Source of the DNA: Felis catus
Taxonomy: Eukaryota
Direction of reading: 5' to 3'
DNA length: 64,000 nt
Assembly: GCF_018350175.1 (NCBI RefSeq)
Contig: NC_058368.1
Coordinates: 26,352,001-26,416,000 of the forward strand
Within the stretch, counting starts at the first letter, position 1; each line of letters starts with the position of its first letter. A program made the position numbers and the translations under genes. Of this stretch, positions 12,404 through 24,900 are shown piece by piece. Under the pieces are notes generated by a model that saw only the letters and a list, made by a program, of their open reading frames with translations, was not told the origin of the DNA and made no database searches.

Positions 12404-12949
12404 ATGAAAATTAAGTTCAATAGACACCACTCTGACCTTGCTGTATGTGAAAGAAGTAGTTGGAGCTCCTGGGAGCCGGCCAACACACCTGCTTTGAGCC
12501 GTCGACTTCAAGTCCATTCTAGCAGCAGCAACGGCATGAGGATTCGAAACGGGAGGCAGAGAAAATGATGTTTCCTCCCCTTAGATAAATTGCCGCAGCG
12601 TGGAGAACTGTGCCCACCAATGGCACTTGGAAGCAGATCGTGCGGGAAGCTTCCTCCGCAGGTGTGAGAAGGACACCAGGCTGCGCGAGGAGACTCCTCG
12701 CGACCGCCAGGCCGGGCCCTGCGGTCACCAGCCTCTGGACCAGAAATGGAACCTCTCAGACCCGCTTTCGCATCCCTAAAATAAGGAGTTGGATCAGGTT
12801 AGAAGACTCGGTCCTGCCATAAGACGCTACAATCCTCTGCCTTTTAAGATGACTCTTTTATTCTTCTAACTGGTTGGGGGGAGGGGGGAGTATGCCGGTT
12901 TTGTTTGTTCATTTAACTTCTTAGGCTAAAATCGATTGGGTTTTCATTG

Positions 12950-13130
12950 TCGCTCCGCTGGTTACTAGCTAAGTGACCTTGGGCAGGGTATTTTGCTAGC
13001 TGGTCTCTGCTTCCTCGTGCTCAAAATGGGACATGTTGTCTCCACAGGGGTTTTGTAAGGATAGTGCTGGAAAGCAGTAAGCACAGGGCTGGATTCAGAG
13101 CACGCTGTTCAAGGAATGTTAGCTTTTCTA
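12950..13130 (+). mobile_element. MIR
   Basis: Core 'tactagctaagtgaccttgggcag...cttcctcgtgctcaaaatggg'. Confidence 0.7.
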
Positions 13131-13295
13131 TAATTTTTGAGTCACTCACTCTTTTGTTTATATATTTAACTTTGTATTTTTTGTAGGAATAAAGCTGTGG
13201 CAGTTTTATTTTCTAATAGCTTTTGACTTAGCATTTTATAATAGTGGTGACTGTTAAAATTTTTTTACAAAAACACACAAAAAAGTGCCATTTAG

Positions 13296-13399
13296 GGGGC
13301 ACCTGGCTGGCTCGGTCGGTGGAGCATGTGACTTGATCTTGGGGTTGTGAGTTCGAGCCCCACGTTGGGTGTAGAGACTGCTTAAAAATAAAAAATCTT
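13296..13399 (+). mobile_element. Short older-type Can-SINE; tail continues at 13574-13600
   Basis: GGGGCACCTGGCTGGCTCGGTCGGTGGAGCATG...GTTCGAGCCCCACGTTGGGTGTAGAG. Confidence 0.88.
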
Positions 13400-13573
13400 T
13401 TCTTTTTTTATCTTTATTTATTTTTGAGAGAGAGGGAGACACAGAATCCGAAGCAGGCTCCAGGCTCCGAGCTGTCAGCACAGAGCCTTATGTGGGGCTC
13501 GAACTCACAAACCGGGAGATCATAACCTGAGCCGAAGTTGGACGCTCAACCGACTGAGCCACCCAGGCGCCCC
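13400..13573 (-). mobile_element. Can-SINE nested in the tail of the preceding SINE
   Basis: 17-bp TSD taaaaataaaaaatctt at 13383-13399 and 13574-13590. Confidence 0.93.
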
Positions 13574-13764
13574 TAAAAATAAAAAATCTTAAAAAAAAAA
13601 CAACATTTAGAATATGGACACAAATATACAATTTCTTCTTTACCTCAGAAGCAGTACCTAAAGGCAGCTGTTTCATTTATGTGAGTTAGAGAAGGGATTA
13701 GTTGAGAAGTCTTCATGGTTGGAAATAATATTGGTGGAAGTAAATACACAATTACAGATGGGAG

Positions 13765-13900
13765 ATATATATAAAATGTGTATTTTATATAATTTATATA
13801 TAAACATAATTTACATAATCTTACATATTTGTATGATTTTATATATTTATGTAATATATAGTTTTTAATATTTATATAAAAGTATATAAAATTATTAGTT
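13765..13900. repeat. AT-rich low-complexity region
   Basis: (TA)-rich degenerate repeat. Confidence 0.7.
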
Positions 13901-14104
13901 TTCTTATGGAAAAACCCAATGTGAAACAGTGCTCTAGAATGCCAGTCAGGCCCAAAGTCACTGGCATTAGAAATCGGACTCTGTCAATAGCAATTGGAAG
14001 GTTCGGTGGCCATTTTAAAACATGCAAAGTTACTATAATATTACAATATAAATCTGTGCTTCAATCCAGGTGTTTTAGACTCAGATGTCTATAGGACATG
14101 ACAC

Positions 14105-14302
14105 TTTTTTTTTTATTTAAAAAAATTTTTTTAATGTTTATTTTTGAGAGAGAGAGACAGAGCGCAAGTGGGGGAGGGGCAGAGAGAGAGGGAGACACAG
14201 AATCCGAAGCAGGCTCCAGGCTCCGAGCTGTCGGCACAGAGCCGGACGTGGGACTCGAACTCACAAACCGCGAGATCATCGCCTGAGCCACCCAGGCTCC
14301 CC
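14105..14302 (-). mobile_element. Can-SINE with internal deletion in the head
   Basis: Typical body; flanked by catgaca on both sides. Confidence 0.92.
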
Positions 14303-15228
14303 ATGACAGAACTTTCTTGACTGAGGTGAGGGTAAGACAATAGGAAGCGTTAGTGCCGTGGAGAGTATGTGCCCCATCTAATGGGTGCGGCTGCTCCTTA
14401 GCTCCATCCGGTGTTTGCTCCGTGGGGATTCAAACGCTGTGTTGCCAAGTTTTCCAATTCTTCAAGACACTGAAATCCAGGCTCCGTTTGAAGATTCCTG
14501 ACTCTTGGACACTGCAGAACAAAAGCACACCTACCGATTTGGCCCACGGGACCCAAGTTTCCACTCCCTTCCTGTGTCTGTCTCAAGAACAGGCCTCCTG
14601 TCCTAAATGGCAGCTCATCCTTCAGCAAAAAGGTTTTAATCACAAAACCCCTCCTTTTTGATTAGAGAAGCTGAACACAGGCGATCGGGTAAACTATGGG
14701 TACATTTATTCAGAGAACACTCATTGAAGTCCTTCTACACGCCAGAGATCGTATGGTGGGTAAGCCACTGTCCTTGCCTCCAAGGACTTCAAGAAGCCCA
14801 CTAGCTTCTTTTAAACTAAATGAGGTATTTTGTTTTCTGGTGAAATTTGCCTTATGCAATATAATGCCTGAATAGTTCCTTCTGTATTCCTCAGATCAGC
14901 CGCTCGGCAAAAATATTTCCAAGAACTCTTGTTAAATCAGTGGCATTCGCTCATGGTAGTGTAACTCCCTCCACTACATTTTATAACTGACTGATCAGTC
15001 AAGGGGCAAAGACAGTGTTGGTAGATGTGTGTGCTACTAGGTTATGCCACACATGCTCCAAATTCCCGGGAATGACATATATTTCATTTAAAACCATCTT
15101 CCCTGTTGTCTCAAGTACCTGGAGTTCACGCCCCGAGATGTAGTTTGTAGTCACTGCAGACTAGGGGGCCAGCAAACTGGAGACTTAAGTTTCTCACCTT
15201 AAGGAGAGAGGAGATCTGATGGAGGTGT

Positions 15229-15342
15229 TAGGGTGACCAACAGTACCGGTGTCCCCAGGCTTGCGGGTGTTCCCGGGAAGTGGGACTTTCAGTGCTAACG
15301 CCAGGGACGTCCCAGGCAGACGGGGACAAGCTGGTTGCCCCA
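15229..15342. mobile_element. MER81-like hAT-Blackjack MITE
   Basis: 114 bp; TAGGGTGACCAAC... / ...ctggttgcccca terminal inverted repeats; internal GGGACTTTCAGTGCTAA. Confidence 0.75.
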
Positions 15343-16054
15343 GATCCCATTTCCTCTTCTACTTGGACACACGGCGAAATTACATCTCTCACTTCCTTGA
15401 AGTTAGTTAGATGTGACCGCAGGACCCAACTTCAGTCAAAGGGCTGAAGTGACCCCACACTTTCAGACTTGGCTTTAAGAAACCCATTCTCAGGGATCTG
15501 CTGTGCTCCTTCCCCTTCTGCTGACCCAACAGATAAGGCCTGGTGCCGTGGGCGTGACAGATCCCCTGTCAGCCTGGGTCCCGGAGTGACTGTGGAGTGT
15601 GCAGCCCCTCTAATCTGGAACCTGCCAGCACAGTTACATGAGCAGGACTGTTTCAGCCATGGGGCGTTTTAGATTCTGCTCGCTTCAGTGGCGAACCTTT
15701 AACGCACAGCGCGTCCGCCCCAAAGCCCAAAATATATGGCGTTGACTACAGTTGGGTGCAGGTGACACGGAGACTGCTGGAGGCTTGAGAGGTTGAGACT
15801 CCTACCGGGAGGCAGCAAAAGTTGCCTGCGATCGCTTAGAAAGCCGCCCCCGTGTCTGGTGAGCGTGTAGCTCTGGGGAGCCAAACAGCGACTCGAGGCT
15901 CTTCACTGTGCTTGGCGAACGAAGTCTTTCAAGAAAGAAGTGAGCTCAGAAAAGTATTCGCCCGGTTTGTAAGTAGAAAGGAAAGGGAATGAAAGGTGCA
16001 GAAATTTGGGGCTGTCTAGCATAGGAAAAGCTTCGAGATCCCATTAAGACTTTC

Positions 16055-16270
16055 TTTTTTTTTTTTTTTTTCAACGTTTATTTTTGGGACAGAGAGAGAC
16101 AGAGCATGAACGGGGGAGGGGCAGAGAGAGAGGGAGACACAGAATCGGAAACAGGCTCCAGGCTCTGAGCCATCAGCCCAGAGCCTGACGCGGGGCTCGA
16201 ACTCACGGACTGCGAGATCGTGACCTGGCTGAAGTCGGACGCTTAACCGACTGCGCCACCCAGGCGCCCC
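16055..16270 (-). mobile_element. Young felid Can-SINE (SINEC_Fc-type)
   Basis: Intact CpGs, long poly-T, TSD aagactttc at 16046-16054 and 16271-16279. Confidence 0.97.
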
Positions 16271-17092
16271 AAGACTTTCCAGTTAAACAAGGTGCTTCAC
16301 CTCTTCAGCAAAGATGGTATAGACTCCCAATGTACTTTTGGTTTCAGATGTGCTGGCAGCTAATAGAGGTGGGCGAGACAAAGCATTAAAACATAACACA
16401 ATCTTGTCCTGAAAAAATATTTCAGGTCTTGCTGCTGACACATTGAGTTGGTCAGATACAAATAGGGCAGGAGTCTACTAAGTTTTTGAGGGACTTCCGT
16501 TGCCAAGGAAAACAGAAGCCAGCCCAGACTTAACCAACAACTACAACAAGACATTGTTGGAACCTTTAAATAAACTTCAGGTCCCTGAACTCACAAGAGC
16601 TAGAAGTGGGGGAAGCAGGTGGCTGACGCTAGAGCTCCCCAGGAGAGCATTCTCCCCAGCACGCGCTTACAGGTAGTATGCAGGGTACCAGGCAAGGAAA
16701 CCTTCCAGAAGAAGGACACTAGAACTTTGGAGAATGATGGGCCAGGGATTTTTCCCAGAGGGCGGAATCAGGGTCTAATGAGGGAACTTCTCTCACTGCC
16801 AGAGTAAGGGGGTCTTCTTAATGCCTGACCAGTAGGATTTCATAACTGCTGAGGACTGGGCAGGCTTCCAATAGGAGTTTTACGGCAGATCTTGTGCCCC
16901 GCCTCCCCTGTTGTGCGTTGTCCATAGAGGGAAGATCAATTTGCCTCTAAGTTCCAGGCCTTTAGGAGCCACACCCAGACCTGTGCCTCACCCAGAGATC
17001 TTGGAGTTTGAGCTGGATGGGATTGGGGGCTGCTGCCCGCCCTGGGCGGGTGAACGTGTTCTGGGAGGGCAAGAAGATGATACGCATATTCT

Positions 17093-17310
17093 TTTTTTTT
17101 TTTTTTTCAACGTTTATTTATTTTTGGGACAGAGAGAGACAGAGCATGAACGGGGGAGGGGCAGAGAGAGAGGGAGACACAGAATCGGAAACAGGCTCCA
17201 GGCTCTGAGCCATCAGCCCAGAGCCTGACGCGGGGCTCGAACTCACAGACCGCGAGATCCTGACCTGGCTGAAGTCGGACGCTTAACCGACTGCGCCACC
17301 CAGGCGCCCC
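17093..17310 (-). mobile_element. Young felid Can-SINE (SINEC_Fc-type)
   Basis: Perfect 17-bp TSD gatgatacgcatattct at 17076-17092 and 17311-17327. Confidence 0.97.
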
Positions 17311-17794
17311 GATGATACGCATATTCTGATCTAAAGGGAAGGGTTGTGGCACAGAGTGGTAGGTGTTTACCAAAAAATCTCTTCCTCTTCCTGGATGTAC
17401 AAACTGCATTTCCCAGATTCCCTTGCAGCTGGGAAATTCCATTTGATGGAATCTGCACCAAACTTAAGAACGTGGACAGAAATGCTGTCTTGTCATTTCC
17501 AGCCCTGATTCATAAAATTTCCCATTGGCAATCCTCCATGCCCTTTCCCCTTCGGCCAACTGGTGGGAGACTGCACAGCTTTAACAGCCTGGGTCCCTGA
17601 GTCACTGAGCGGAGCAAAGCCCTTCTTCTGCCCCCCTTCCCCACACCCTGGAACTACTCAGGACTGTTACGAGACAGCAAGAAATAGATTTCTATTTATG
17701 TTTCAGACATATGCTTTTTAGTTCATTACCTTAGCTGGTACACTAACACACAGACTGTCTGATGCAGTGTGACAAAGCAGTGGGCAACAGCACC

Positions 17795-19595
17795 AGAACA
17801 AGTAATCCTCAAATTGGTACGGAACCACCAAAGACCCTCGGCAGCCAAAGCAATCTTGAAAAAGAACAAAACTGGTGGTATCGCAACCCCAGATTGCAAG
17901 GTACACTACAAACCTATAGTAATCGGAACAGTTTGGTACTGGCACCAAAATAGACACATAGATCGATGGAACATAATAGCCCAGAAATAACCCTCCCCAA
18001 TTATTTGTAAATTGTAATAAAGGTCAATTGGGGCGCCTGGGTGGCTCAGTCGGTTGAGCGTCCGACTTCGGCTCAGGTCACGATCTCACGGTCTGTGAGT
18101 TCGAGCCCCACGTCGGGCTCTGTACTGACAGCTCGGAGCCCGGAGCCTATTTCAGATTCTGTGCCTCCCTCTCTCTGACCCTCCCCTGTTCATGCTCTGT
18201 CTCTCTCTGTCTCAAAAATAAATAAACATTAAAAAAAATTAAAAAAATAAAAATAAAAATAAATAAAGGTCAATTAATTGTAAATAAAGGAGAAAAGAAT
18301 AAGCAATGGGAAAAAGACAGTCTCTTCAGCAAGGGGTGTTGGGAGAACAGGACAGCTACATGCAAAAGAACGAAGCTGGACCACTTTCTTTCACCATACA
18401 CAAAAATAAACTCCAAATGGATGAAAGACCTAAATGTGAGGCCTGAAACCATAAAAAAGCTGGAAGGGAGCACAGGCGATAATTTCTCTGTCTCTGGCCA
18501 TTGCAACATCTTTCTAGTTATGTCTCCTGAGGCAAGGGAAATAAAGGTAAAAATAAACCATCAGGACTACACTAAAATAAAAAGCTTCTGTACAGCAAAG
18601 GAAACAACTAAAAAAAAACTAAAAGACAACCTACTGAATGGGAGGAGATATTTGCAAATGACATATCTGATAAAGGGTTAGTATCCAAAATATATAAAGA
18701 CCACTCAACACTAAAATACCAAATAATCCAATTAAAAAATGGGCAGAAGACATGAACAGGCATTTCTCCAAAGAAGACACCCAGATGGCCAACAGACACA
18801 TGAAAAGATGCTCAACATCACTCATCATCAGGGAAATACAATTCAAAACCACAATCAGTACGATGAGATATCATGTCACACCTGTCAGAGTGGCTACAAC
18901 AAAAAACTCAAGAAACAAGTGTTGGCGAGGATGTGGAGAAAAAGGAACCCTTGTGTGTTACTGGTGGGAATGCAAACTGGTGCAGCCACCGTGGAAAACA
19001 GTATGGTGGTTCCTCAAAGAATTAGTAATAGAATTACCCTACGATCCAGTGATTCCACTACTGAAGATATTTACCCGAAGAGGACAAAAATACTAATTCA
19101 AAAAGATACATTCACCCCTATGTTTATAGCAGCATTGTTTACAATAGCCAAGATAGGGAAGCGGCCCAAGTGTGCACCAGTTGATGAATGAATAAAGAAG
19201 ATGTGGTGTATATACAGAGTGGAATATTACCTAGCCATAAAAAGAATGAGATCTTACCGTTTCCAACAACTTGGATGGATCTAGAGAGCATAATGCTAAA
19301 CGAAGCGAGTCAGTCAGAGAAGGACAAATACTATATGATTTCACTCATATGTTGAATTTAAGAAACAAACGAACAGAGGAAAAAAAGAGACAAACAAAAG
19401 ACAAGGCTGTTAAATAAAGAGGACTGATGGTTACCAGAGGGGAGCAGGGATGGGGGGTGTGAAATAAGTGAAGGGGATTAAGGGTACATTTATTGTGATG
19501 AGCACCCGGTAACGTACAGAATTGTTGAATCGCTATATTGTACACCTGAAACTACTACAATACTATATGTGAATTATATTAGAATTAAAATTTTT
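17795..19595 (+). mobile_element. 5'-truncated LINE-1 (end of ORF2 plus 3'UTR), frameshifted
   Basis: ORF2 remnants [17 protein letters not shown]...[67 protein letters not shown]; then L1 3'UTR. Confidence 0.95.
18030..18261 (+). mobile_element. Can-SINE inserted in the L1
   Basis: Full head and tail; 14-bp TSD aataaaggtcaatt at 18016-18029 and 18262-18275. Confidence 0.96.
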
Positions 19596-20559
19596 AAAGG
19601 CACTGGTGCCACAAAATAAAAACTAAAAACAAAAACAAAAAACCAATGGGCATACAAGTACCAAGAAGCAGTAAATAGCGTTAGATGAGAATATATCACA
19701 GAGGGGTTCCGGGAAGACGGAAACCTTGAGGTGGACTTTGAAGGAACTGGAAAGCAACATACGAGCAAAAATAACTTTTGATCTAATTATTGAATGCAAT
19801 TGCCTTCCCCTGTGACGGGAATAAATTATCTTCCCAAGAGCTTTTGAAAAATGCTTATATGCCGTGACAGCCTGCTGGTGAGCTTGTAAAGTGTAACCCA
19901 TTTTGAGAAGCACCTCTGGCCAGGAGTTGGCTAGGTTAGAGGTCACAATCTGGTGACAATCCTCGGGCTGTATCAAGTCTAGTGACCAGAGCTGGCTTTC
20001 AGGTATGGCTTTCCACAGCATTTGAAGACAGCAACATCAAAAAAAAAAAAAAAAAAAAAGGTGAGTCAGTGACATCCCTTCTGAACCAGGGATATTTTTC
20101 CAAGTTCTGACAACCTTGAGTGTATTTCCTACATGACAATAATCAGCTCCTGCTGAGTGCTGGCGACTGTTCTGTGAGCTTCCAGACTGCCACACTTCTG
20201 ATGGCCCCACACTGTCAGTTGCCAGCGTGCCTCCCTCATCCGGTCATCTGGTTACGTACCCGGCTCAGGTAGGCATTGGAGGTTGTGTCCCAAAGCCAGA
20301 CGGTAACACCGATTCATAACAGTTTGTGGTTTAATTCATTTTAACTCTGCTTGTGAAATGCTCATGATTTAGATCCTTAAAGAAGAAAACCACTAGGACG
20401 TGTTTTGTTATCTATTGGGTTTTATTTTGCTTCATGGATCCATGCTGTTGAAAATGAGCAGTTAATGCTTTTTCCTTCGCCGATGTGAAATGGTTGAACT
20501 GTGCCACAGCATGAAGACTAAAACTCCTTCTGGGGAAAGGAAAATGGACCGCATTTGTT

Positions 20560-20780
20560 ACTACTATTACTTATTTATTGTTTGAGCGCTTACTGCGGTC
20601 TAAGCACTTGTAATACAGCGTCTCGTTTATTCTTCACACCCTGTGAAGAAGTTATTATCCCGCGGTACAGAAGGAGAGAGAATGCGTAACTTGCCAAGTC
20701 AAGTGTAAAGAAAGAGCTGATGAGTGTTATGGAAACCAGGCGTGTCTAACACCAGGGTCTGTGCTCTTGGCCACCATTTT
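20560..20780 (-). mobile_element. MIR
   Basis: 'ttgagcgcttactg...ctaagcactt...attatcccg...taacttgccaag'. Confidence 0.65.
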
Positions 20781-21719
20781 GGCCACTTCCAAAGCCAAGC
20801 AGCTCTATCGTGTGGAGCACGTCTGGCATTCTGTCCCTCCCTCACCGTGTGCCTTAAAGAGGGGTGCGTGTGGCAGTATAGGTCAGGGCTGGTGTGTGGA
20901 TCCCACCCCCTCCAGAAAATGGCAATAGACAGCACTCTGCCCCAAACTCTTCCCTGTGTGTCAAGTGCTTGGCCAGCAGGGCCCAATAGAAATCTACGTC
21001 CTTTAAGATGCCCCACAGGTAACAGTAGGTACGGATTGAGTCAGAGGATCCACAGGTGAAAGTATAGCACAGAAGCAAGCACCCTTCTCCCTGTCCAGCA
21101 TGGCAACAGATAGATCCATGGCATAGACCAGACAGCTCCCTTTCTTGCTCCAATATCATGGCCACTTGACCCAGAAAAGCCAGCCCTGGAGGATGAAATA
21201 CTCCTATAGAGGATGCTACTATTCACTCAGTGATAAAAGCCACCTTGTTTACTGAGCACCCACAATGTGCCAGCTTAGGGAGTCCCTTAGGTTCTGTGGG
21301 TACAACAATAAAAACTCTTCACTGCTGCTATTAAGAGGCCCAGTCCAGTGGCAAAGACAGATATGTTTGGAATTATTACAATGCAAAAGACTATCTCCTT
21401 CAAAAACGGTGTACACTGAAGTGTCATGGAACACAGGGAGGGAAGAATTAATTCTGTCTGGGAAGTGGGTCACCGAGGGAGGGAAGAGACGTGGCTTCTT
21501 AGAGGACATCTTTGTCTCCTTCCAAGCTTGCTTGGGAAGAAGCGTTGTCATACCGTTTGCTATTAGCTGTCCAGCATTCATCTTCCCTCCTTCCCTTGGG
21601 AAACCCTGACGTGGGTACAGAAATGGCCCTGCTTGACATCTGCCCCCGCCCTGGTGACCCAACCTGGTCTGGTTAGTGTCAACCTTAACCCACAAAGGGC
21701 TCAGAAACTTGTCCCAGAT

Positions 21720-21755
<36 letters not shown>
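21720..21755. repeat. (CT)n microsatellite
   Basis: Direct inspection. Confidence 0.9.
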
Positions 21756-21789
21756 CTTGCTGGGATTAGCAGTTTGAAAATGAAACTCT

Positions 21790-22001
21790 TAAACGTGCAC
21801 AGCCATGAGCAGAGAGCTTGGGGTTCCTGCAGGAGTCATTATATAGATCCGTTAAAGAAAGCTGAGCTGCGATGTGGATCTTTGTGACATCATTCATCCC
21901 AGTCTGAAGCCAGCTCTACCCCTAGACATCGTACTTTGCTCTGGAGCTGGTTGAAGTTGGGTTTTCTATGGCTTGCGAAGCAGAGGATCCCTAACTTATA
22001 C
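21790..22001 (+). mobile_element. Old MLT1-like LTR 3' fragment
   Basis: Ends 'gttgggttttctatggcttgcg...ccctaacttataca'. Confidence 0.5.
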
Positions 22002-24605
22002 AGGTCCTTTCTCTGTTTTCTTGTCAACAGCTTGGGAGTCTGTTTATTTATTTATTTTTGTCCACAGGAGTTATTGTTGCCTACTTTGAATTTCAGAAGA
22101 AATAATTACTGTTGCATATTTTGACTTCCCAAAGTCCTATAGGAGTACTAGGGAAGGAACTGGAGCTAACCTTCCATAGCTTCAAATGAGTCATTAGTGT
22201 GCGAACATTTTACTAATACCACAGATGAAGGGCATGTTCCCTGGCATATTCAACCGGTCCATATGGTTGAGACCATTCTGTAAAATGACCAATCATAGTC
22301 GACATCGTGGTGGTGGCCAACTCCCTCTGGGAAGGTCCTAGAAGTCTCCTTGGGAAAGTGAACTTGGGCTCTGCCTTCTAGGATAAACTGGAGATGGCCA
22401 GGAGGCGGGGGTTGGGAGGTGTGGAGGGCAGTGTTGGAGGCATCCTGTGGCCTTGGGGAGAGGAAGGCCGGCTTCCTTCGGCTGGAGCACGGGCTGCAGT
22501 GGTTTGAGGCAAGAGAGATTGGGCTCCAGCCTGAAGGGCTCTGGAAGCACCCTGAGATGTTGAAGGGAGACAGTACGATGAAAAGTCCATTTTAGGAAGA
22601 AGCAAAGAATGATGAGACCGCGTGCAGAGAAATCCATTATGGAGCCATTGAAATAGATCAGGCGTGAGAGAGGAATCTAAGAAACGTGGGGGAACTACAG
22701 ACTTGTCGGGCTGGATGGGGGAGCCGGGCTCCTCCTGGCTTGGGTAATTGGGTGCTGCTAGTCCCACCACCGGGACGAGAAAGGTAGACCCCTTTCTGAG
22801 CTTCCCCATGCTTCCATTTTGAATATGGAGAGGGAGGAAGCTGTAAGGTACCCAAGTGGGGATTTCTCCCCACCAACAGCTCTGGGTCCCTGGCGGGGGG
22901 ACTGGCCCGTGCCTTTCCCTTCCTCCGGAGCACAGCCGCCCACCTTCCCCAACCTCCCTGGCCCGTGGAACGTGAGCCAGGCTGACGGGTGTCCCAGCTG
23001 CAGGCTTGGCCCCAGGACCTCCCGCTCTGTGGGCACCGGGAGCTGAGCTGGGCAGAGCTGTGAACCAAGGAGCCAGGCTGTCCAAGGGACCGTGTAGAGC
23101 CGGGCACCTCCTTCCCATTCTCCCTCCCAACTCAGAAAGGACTGGGAAGGCAGTAAAGAGTAAACTTGACCTGCAGCTAAGTCCCGGACACGTGGAGAGT
23201 GTTTGTGAGAGCAGGTGGCCGGCTATGACTACCACAGATGAAGAAAGCAAGTGGAGTCATTCCTGTGAGTGGTGGCGAAGCCTCAGGGGTGGACCTGCCG
23301 CTCAGGAAAAGCCTAGCCCAGGAGGAGAGGCCCAGGAGGGATCTGGGGCACCCTGGCTGCAGGGCGAGCTGAAGAAGAAGCACCCGCGGAGGAGACAGAG
23401 AAGAGGCAGAAGTGAGAAGACAGCCTCGGAGCCATAGAAATCCAGAAGAGGGATCGAGAGATACCAGGGCGGATTAAAACCAGGAAAGCGTCCTTGGAGG
23501 CCAGAAGTCAGAGGTTGGAGGTCGGCAAGGAAAGGACAGGATGCACTCAGGTAGGTGGGCAGGAGCAGAAACTTCTGCCAGGGGCCGGGGTGATGAAGGG
23601 CGGGAGGTGAAGGAGAGTCAATGAGTGGAACCAGCATTTTAAGGAACTCAGTTATAAGAGGAAGAAAAGAGATGAGAAACAGCTGGGATCAAGGGGGGAA
23701 TGTTAATAGGAGACATTTGCACATACTTATCAATCATAGAGTGATATCTGACAGTCCCCTGGGAAGCAGGAAGCCATTGGAACAGCAACACAGGTGGAGG
23801 AATCAGGTCTTCCCAGGCAAAGGGTGAAAAAGTGCCAATGGATGTAAACCCAGGCCTATTTGCCGGTGATGGGAAACGGAAGGTCCCTCCCACCAACCAA
23901 ATGTGTCCGGTGTGAGGTAGGAGGGGGGGTGGTCTGCGTGGAAAGTTCACACGGCCAAGCCCGGAGGCCTGAGCAAAGCACCGAAGATAGAACCACACAG
24001 AAGATTCGTGGAAGGAAGCAACTGACATCAATTAATTCGGACAGCAAATCCAGACCTCATGGTCTCTGCAGAAGCCTCTGCCCCCAAATCAGGTGGCCTG
24101 GGGGCTGTGCGGAAGGCAGGATGGACTCGTGTGAGGAGGCCGTCACTCGGGCAGCAACTAAGATATAGTGCACTTGGGAGAAACGGAGGCCTGCGTGAGC
24201 AGTGGTTTCCGGTAAAGGGGTGGGGTGGGATTTAAAGACAAAAAGGCCGTAGGTTGGAGAGGACTGCGCGACCAATTGGACATGAGGGTGGGCACATCGG
24301 TCCTGGGTGGAGGCCGGGGACAGAGGGCATGGCCTCGGGAGGTTCTTCTATCCTGGCATGACTGACCCCCACACGGTTACATAATAAAGTCACAGTACGC
24401 AGGAGATGGGAGGTGGGGTGTTCCCTAAACAGTGTCTGGTTCTGTCCCCTCCCTTCTCTTACAGAAGGTGACATTGAGTCCTAGGGGCATGAAGTCACTT
24501 ATCTGTGATCACAGACTTAGTGGCCACGACAGCCCTGGAACCTAAAGTGACTGGAAGGAAAAGAGAAGAGGCGGGGGGAGGTGGGGAGAAGAAGAGGAGG
24601 GGCAC

Positions 24606-24900
24606 TCGTTCGTTCGTTCGTTCGTTCATTCATTCATCCATTCCTCCACTCACTTCTTCATTCAACAAATAAGTACTGCCTTTTAGATGCTGAGGCCGCA
24701 AATAAGAAAGTGACCTGGTACCTGCCTTGAAGGAAGGGACTCAGACAGCTGTCGGAATCAAGTGTGCCGGATACGGCAGGGCACCAAGGAGGAAAGAGTC
24801 ATTTCCTGGGATGCTGGAGAGGGTGGATGATCAGTGTCGGGAAAAGCTTCCAGAAGGAAGCAACTTGACTGAGTCTTGGCAGATGAGGCAAATCGGGTGG
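24606..24900 (-). mobile_element. L2 3' end with (TTCG)n/(TTCA)n tail
   Basis: 'ttcattcattcatcc...ttcattcaacaaataagtactg' is the antisense L2 terminus. Confidence 0.65.

Larger units (their letters stand above)
15343..17750 (+). mobile_element. Degenerate MaLR (MLT1-type) element: LTR ~15343-15705, internal region ~15706-17345, LTR ~17346-17750
   Basis: Both flanks carry 'cttcctcttc...acatttcccag...ccttgcag'-type MLT1 LTR motifs; the middle starts and ends like MLT1-int. Confidence 0.55.

Noticed and set aside
17769..19191. Cluster of ORFs with reverse-transcriptase-associated motifs
   Set aside because: Frameshifted remnants of LINE-1 ORF2, not a functional gene
22378..23250. Longest ORF in the window (290 aa, minus strand)
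   Set aside because: Pro/Ser/Gly-rich composition typical of GC-rich noncoding DNA; no recognisable homology or exon structure
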